A DNA stretch of 55,625 bases, filler included, from Platydemus manokwari (lineage: Eukaryota): assembly GCA_037951405.1 (NCBI GenBank). It is 5 parts of 5 records of this genome, joined end to end, with 100 filler letters (N's around TTAATTAATTAA, not from the genome) between each part and the next. Parts side by side here need not be neighbours in the genome. Positions count along the whole stretch, not along the records: positions 45,604 to 55,625 come from JBBMOY011178434.1; 4 more parts are not named here. One strand, written 5' to 3'. Shown piece after piece: positions 49,157-55,625 of this stretch. How positions within the stretch are numbered: the first letter of the stretch is position 1; each line of letters opens with the position of its first letter. The position numbers were made by a program, and so were the translations under genes. The notes under the pieces were generated by a model. The model was not told the DNA's origin. It made no database searches and saw only the letters and a program-made list of their open reading frames with translations.

Positions 49157-51020
49157 GTATAATTTTGGTTGTCATTATTGTGGTATAGTGGTTTTGTTTT
49201 TTATTTGATTTTAAGCGTGGTTCGCTTTTGCTAAGCTTTTATTTTACTTAACCGATTCTAAGGAGTCTTCAAAATGGGTATTGAAGACCTTGTTATTGGA
49301 ATTATTCTACCGAAATAATCTAATGGTTTTTATCTAAAGCTGGTGTCATAACTCAATTTGATCCTCAATGACAATCAACATTAAGCTTATTAAAATTATC
49401 TAATTAATAAAAAGACTGAGTGAAACTCTTTGCTCTTTCTGAATTAAATTATGAACAATTAAATGTGGTATTATATAACTATAGAGCTATCTTTATGTTA
49501 TGCTAAGTTGTTACAATAAATAAATAAATTATCAAGTGCAAAATTATATTTATGAATCCAAAAAACTTATAACAGTGATTGAAATAAACAAAAAAGTTGA
49601 ATTCAATGACCAGCACGTCACCTAAGTGTTTTACTGGTAGTCCGAAGTGGACAGAAAATATGGTTGATTTAAAAGACATTAATTTCGACAATAATTTGGT
49701 TGCTACATAATAATCATATAAGTTAAATTATCAATAAATTACAGTCATGAATAATATGATTGTTGGGGAAATGGCAAAATGAAAACTATAATCAATCTAA
49801 ATATGAAAATCTGTAACAATTTTTGCCATTCAAATAGTTTCGCTTGATAACATTTCATATCGATAAATAGTGTAAATGTATAAGTATTGTAACAATTTGG
49901 ATAAATTGATGTATAATTGTAGCAATTTTCAGGCTTGATTATTCAAGCGGTTATTATTGTACCAATTTTTATGAATGGCTTGGTTAATCAAGCAATGTAT
50001 TTTATTTTTTGCCTTTTTATAATTAATTAAATTTTATTTTGTAAATCAAGCTTCTGGTTGATTATTGAATTGGTAAAAAATAATAATAACAATAATAATT
50101 ATCATAAAATAATAATGATAATAATTTATTTGCGGTTGATAAATATTTTAGCACCTTTTCAAGAAAATGTTAAGAATTAAACGTAGAAGAATATTAAATT
50201 ATTTATATTTCATTATTTCAAAGTTAACGAGCAGGTTTATTTTAATAAATTAAAAGGGAAATCTCATGGGAATAAATTTAATTGTACCCATTTTCGCCTA
50301 TAATCCATGACGATTAAATTCGTCGCCCGATTCATATAAATAAGGGGAAAACGTCATAATTTCCGAACTCCCTGTTATATAGAACCGTCTGTTACGTGAA
50401 GTCGTCAGTTCAAGTCCGTTTATTCTAAAACCACTAGCTGGTAGTGTGTAATACAGTGAAGTCATATTCGTCAATTGCGTGAAGCTCGTATTCGATCCTA
50501 TCCACATTCTGCCAAAGCCATTGTTCAAGTATATGAATTAACTTACGTTAGTAAGTCAGATTAATTCTGTAAACCACTGATCAATACTATAAACGCCGTG
50601 TATTTTATTTTACTATAAAGCTTTGTCTGTATGGCGGTTTTACTGCAAGAGTGTGCAGTGTATTAACCGTAAATCTTCCCCAGAAGCTTGATAAGCTTGT
50701 TCGTATTTTTTAATTGTATATTTAACCATTGTAAAACGTAGTAATTTATATAATTATCTAGTGTAACTTTAGTGTCAATAAATATTTTGTGGACAACGAA
50801 TTTGTTATTGAATTGAGTAGGATTAGATAAAATTGATGGTAAAAGTTGAGACTAATAGTATTAAAATAGAGACTGATAGCTTAGTTAAAATCCATATAGT
50901 GTTGACATAGGAATAATTTTGGTAGTAATAATTGATAATTGTTGCCGTTTGATATTATCATCATATAATATTAAACGCGAGGCGAAGAAAGAAATAAATA
51001 GGTTCAATAGTTCGTACTTA

Positions 51021-51147
51021 GGGCTTGATCAGAACCACGTGTGACTGATTAAGACAGCAGTGATCATCAACAATAATTAGAATAAATTGATTTTCGAGAC
51101 TGATAAGGTTAATAATAAAAATAAAATAGCAAGCCCTAAACGTAACA
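51021..51147 (-). mobile_element. Terminus of the LTR-like repeat family, copy B
   Basis: GGGCTTGATCAGAA..GACTGATTAAGACAG...AAACGTAACA. Confidence 0.55.
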
Positions 51148-52055
51148 GAATTATTATTCCGAATACAAAACCAATTATTAAAAGTGGCCATGCAAAGATC
51201 CTTTCATATTAGCTATCATTCTATAGTTTTTGGTTCAAGGCACTATTAGATGAGCAATGATATTGAGACGGCACCAGGCCTTCCTAAAAATGTCAACTAC
51301 ATGGAAAAACATAAAATAAAATGAATAAAATGGCAACAAAACATAAAAAGTAAAACGTAAAAAAGTAACCGAAATTCAATGAAATTATTGATTTAACTTA
51401 TATCAACAATTTATTATCGATTGTTTAAATATAAATTATGACGTAAAGTTAGGAGTGGATAATTGACGTTTCCATCAAATATCTGACAACTAACTAATAA
51501 TTAAGTGCTTTTAATAAGTCAAACAATATCGATTAATAATATAATAACTTTATTCACTATATTACAAATTAACAAATGCATAATATATAAAATACTAAAA
51601 GTAAGAAGTGTTGTGACCTGAAGATAATGGCAATTAAAAAATCGACGGAGGAAATGACATGCCTTTTTTATATAAAACAATGGAAAATTGGATTTTAGGT
51701 TTCAATAAATCCCCATTAAACTTTGTGGAACAGTTATTTAAGAATTGGAAACTGATCTTCTACTGAAGATTGGTACTAATTTAACGAATAAATTATTAAA
51801 TATGAATTCGAAAGTCTTCCAGTAATGAGTATGAATTTGCAGTTGGATCGTCATGGGACTATTGATTGAAAATTCTTGGGTGTGAAAATAAATAGTGATT
51901 ATAGTTTATATATTATTTGTTAGTGTATTTAATGACTCATTTCTGATCTTTGTGGTAGCCATTTTTTATGTTATCATGATAACTTTCCTCATTCTCATAT
52001 TGATATATTTTTACTATTTAAATATCCATGATCATGTATTAAATATCCATGGCAA

Positions 52056-52783
52056 TGTTAGGATCCGAACCCACAGTGAGTCACACAACGATAAAAGAAC
52101 ATGATACGCCCACAAACATAACCACATAATTAAAAATCCAAAATATAAATGAAAATCCTATAAATCGAATAGAAATTAAAAATAGAATTTAATAATTACA
52201 AAAATAGAACAGAAAACAAAAATAGGATTTTAAAATTCCAGAAATAGAAAAATCACCATTGGTTGAAGGCATATCGAAAATAATATATAAGAAGCTAGAG
52301 ATTTAGAGCAAATCGCCAAAAAGTTAACTGCAAATAACCACTTACCAGACTAAAAGCACAGTCACCTAGCAGAAACACTACAATTGTATATCAGTCAGAG
52401 AAAATTAGTCATAGCAAGCAGTATTAGTCAGCTACAAGACAAGCATAGAAATCTCATCCACAAGCCAATCGATTTAGTGAGCGAGGTACAGACCAAATTA
52501 ATGATCGTTATTTTCATAGCGTGTCGATAGATTCGTCATTAAATAAAACTCTCTTCGTTTTGCTCCTAGCTTTTTAAATAGATTTTATACGGTTCACCCG
52601 TATCGTGAATCTTACCTTCTGGTTGAGTGAGCCACACTTCGCCAGTTCTGTGTTTACATAATCGTATTAAATCAATTTCGTTCATTCTATATTGTAGTTA
52701 TTTGATTGATAATTATATTTTACAGCATATTTGCGTTATTGTTCTTTATTATACTATTATTTATAATTAAATTGCAACCTACA
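52056..52783 (+). mobile_element. Probable solo/partial LTR (~730 bp)
   Basis: Begins TGTTAGG and ends CCTACA, with internal TATATAA (~52284) and AATAAA (~52542) in LTR order; no TSD seen. Confidence 0.45.
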
Positions 52784-53019
52784 TACCGATTGTCTGGAGT
52801 CCGATCGGTATTACAGCGAGCATCTCGACAACCATGCTTATCACACTTCCACAACCCGTATAAATAAAAACCAATAGCAATTTGGATTAGAAAGATTATA
52901 ATTTTAATATTTAATTATGATTTTTAATAATTTCATCCTTAATCAGCCTTGTATCCAACACAAAAAGGTTGGGTTTCTGGCCCAACAATTAATTCGCATT
53001 GGAGAATATCTATATGCAA

Positions 53020-53460
53020 CACTGTATACATTTTTATGCATGACAATACGTGTGAAATGTGCATTAATTTTCATTGTATTGATTTTTATTTAATCAGTGT
53101 TTATTTTTTACTAGTCTCGAAACAATTTTGTGAAATCAGTTTGAAATGACATTTATAAAATAATGTATGTAATTTTTATAATAATTATTATCCATAAAAA
53201 TCTAAATTAATAATACCTGGAAAACCCCCATTAAAATGAATTTATTCATAAAATAAGAATCTGTAATACATTGTCGAGGAATAACACTGTCAACTTAATT
53301 GCCACCTATTATCGCGCACAATAAATACAGCAGTAAATAAAATATTCAGCCAATTAAATCTAATCGGAGAGAAATTCTATCCACAATAAATAAATTCTAA
53401 ATTCTGAAAGCGATAAATGTATGGCTTTAAATTTAATCGCAAAAATATATACGAGTGACT
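53020..53460 (+). repeat. Interspersed repeat, copy 2 (see 38720-39200)
   Basis: Colinear alignment by eye. Confidence 0.85.
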
Positions 53461-53690
53461 CCTAATGCCTATATAAGGCAGTAATCACAATTACCATTGT
53501 CACTTTGGCATATTGTTGAAGACACAGTTATACGTTACCACAATTTTTACATACGGGGATAGGACACGTCATTCAGTGTCGGAGATAGGAATTTCCATTT
53601 GCATATACAACTAGTATCACACTTATTGTTTTCAAACAGTGAAGTTGTGCGAGATGAACATAATAATAATAATTGTGTTCATTACAGCTA

Positions 53691-53792
53691 CGGCCTTAAT
53701 CAAGAGGTCATTGACACTAATTAAAACAATAATGCCATCAAATATAAATAGGATTGATAAAACAATAAAATCAATAGGGATCGAACGTAACA
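53691..53792 (-). mobile_element. Terminus of the LTR-like repeat family, copy C
   Basis: CGGCCTTAATCAAGA...AAATAGGATT...GGATCGAACGTAACA. Confidence 0.6.
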
Positions 53793-54676
53793 GTTAATTG
53801 TAATTGTTTAGAAGAGAGATTTCGTTTTGATCTCATTAATGATGTGTTATTTTCTAATGGATTACATTTTCTGTTGTAGATTGTTATTCCATTATTAGAA
53901 TTTATTAATACTATTTTTACTAATTAATATTCATGATTTCTATATAAAGTAAATACTTTATTTAAATTCTATTTTTGTATTTCTATTATTCTATTTTTAA
54001 AATTTAAACATCATAATTCTATTTTCAGATAAGTTTTATTGTGCTATTTTGAAAGATTTTTATCTGTATTAATTATTATTATTTATTAAAGCGTTGTACT
54101 CAACAATAATTACTGCACCTAATTTTAGCAAAATTGTGATTAACAATTGAAGTTATACATCATCAATTTAAACTTACAATATTAATAATTTCGATGATAT
54201 AATTGTCTTACTACATTGAATTTTAATTTATAAGCATTTGTGAAAATTTTACGACTATTTCAATTTTCGAATATGCAAAAATAAATGTCTTTGGAAATAT
54301 CTACCAAAAAGCGGATTCTCAATAATTTTCCAGTTATAAGATTTGAAATAAACTGAATCTGAATTTTTGTAATTGAAATTTTCTATCAACTGAATCCGGA
54401 TTTTCTTGATTTAAAATTCTCAAAGTGAAAAACCTTTTGAATTGAACCCATGTAGTCATATATCTCACAGATAAATCTAATAGAAACCGAACACAAATCA
54501 AGAAAAATTACCCCTTTATTATTATTATTATTTTAAAACCACCTTTCTATTTAAAGAGACAAATCACGATGTTGTTATTTCTGACAATCTGTCTAGCTAA
54601 GAATATTAATTCAGCTTAAGTTTATTTCAGTGAAAAAAAATAAATAGAGTTATTGTTTTGCTTTTAATATACTTGT

Positions 54677-54677
<1 letters not shown>

Positions 54678-54698
<21 letters not shown>
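54678..54698. repeat. (TA)n microsatellite
   Basis: Direct reading. Confidence 0.9.
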
Positions 54699-54708
<10 letters not shown>

Positions 54709-55625
54709 CATACAAACTTTAGCTTGAAACCAGTTTACCTAATGCCTAATTAATTTATTAAAATCAATTCCAATCCTAGCACCAATCCATACGAATATAC
54801 TACACCAAACTCCTTTAAGCCAATCAGCAGCTAGGTCTCTTACCTGCTCTGACGAAAGAGTTTGTCTCAAAGATTAAATCAGTTATTTCAGGTATTGTCA
54901 TAGAAATTATATTGTACTGAACATATCCAAACTACATATCCAGACATAATAGAAAAAAATAATCGATAACAAATTAGTGTCTGTGTTTTGTTGAAAATTG
55001 TAATGATATTTTTTTATTCGTCAATCTCCAGTTCTTTCAAATCTTTGGAATTCCCCACTGACTATAAGTCATTTACATTAGGTTTACTCATAACTTCAGT
55101 TAGTCGTTTTCAGCTGCGGGGCGTATCTAATCATAACCAACTTTAAGATCTTTCTTGACCTCTTAAATCGGTTCCAACCATTGTGTAGCTGTTCATGAAT
55201 CTCATTTTGTTTCTGAAATTTTGCTATTATGGCCTCTATACTCTAACTGTCTGCCTAATATACTGGAATATATAATTGTTTGCTTCTAGTTTAAAAAGAA
55301 ACGTAAAATAGCTTTATGATTTGTTTGCTACGCAAAGTTAAAATTTTACTAACTTTATTACAATTTTATATTACAAATAACGAAAAGATTCTGACATTGA
55401 ATATCATATTTTTACTGAATTTTGAAATAAATCTAAATTAAGAAAAGTTTAGATTGTTTTAATTACATGATTATTCCCACTCAAGGTCATAATTATAATT
55501 CTTGGAATAATTGATGGGTTTGTCGAAATGTATTTGTCTGTGATAACGTTATTATTTCCCAGATAAACTTCCGTAGAAAAATAATACAAAATATAAAAGT
55601 CAAAACAGAGGTCGTGGAGCAAGAT

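Noticed and set aside
1-55625. CRISPR arrays, tRNA/rRNA, spliced-leader RNA, telomeric arrays, prokaryotic operons
   Set aside because: None seen by eye; the sequence is intron-containing eukaryotic DNA and its repeats lack a repeat-spacer architecture

Overview
This is very AT-rich eukaryotic (metazoan) DNA, not a prokaryotic region. It consists of five contigs (1-10350, 10451-24301, 24402-35937, 36038-45503, 45604-55625) joined by identical artificial 100-nt spacers (44 N + TTAATTAATTAA + 44 N), so adjacency across spacers is not evidence of linkage. The base composition, very short introns and many GTT-type donors suggest a flatworm/planarian-like genome (inference only). Four host genes are supported by hand translation: the last exon of a GT10 alpha-1,3-fucosyltransferase (-), the five 3' exons of CEP83/CCDC41 (+), an intronless SAP30BP/HCNGP gene (+) preceded by two RFX X-box-like motifs, and the first five coding exons of SSDP/SSBP2-family (LUFS domain) (-). 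There is also an orphan gene with a divergent PARP-type zinc finger (-). The rest is decayed mobile DNA: a pogo transposase pseudogene, a Polinton/Maverick remnant (PLA2-associated/core-protein and penton-like motifs), mariner-like ends at two contig breaks, LTR-like ends, a possible hAT fragment, a 1.4-kb tandem duplication of a pseudogene, and microsatellites. I found no clearly novel multi-gene system. The best leads are the Polinton relic, the zf-PARP-like orphan, a possible hydrophobic uORF whose stop would overlap the SSDP start (TAATG), and the X-box-flanked intronless SAP30BP.
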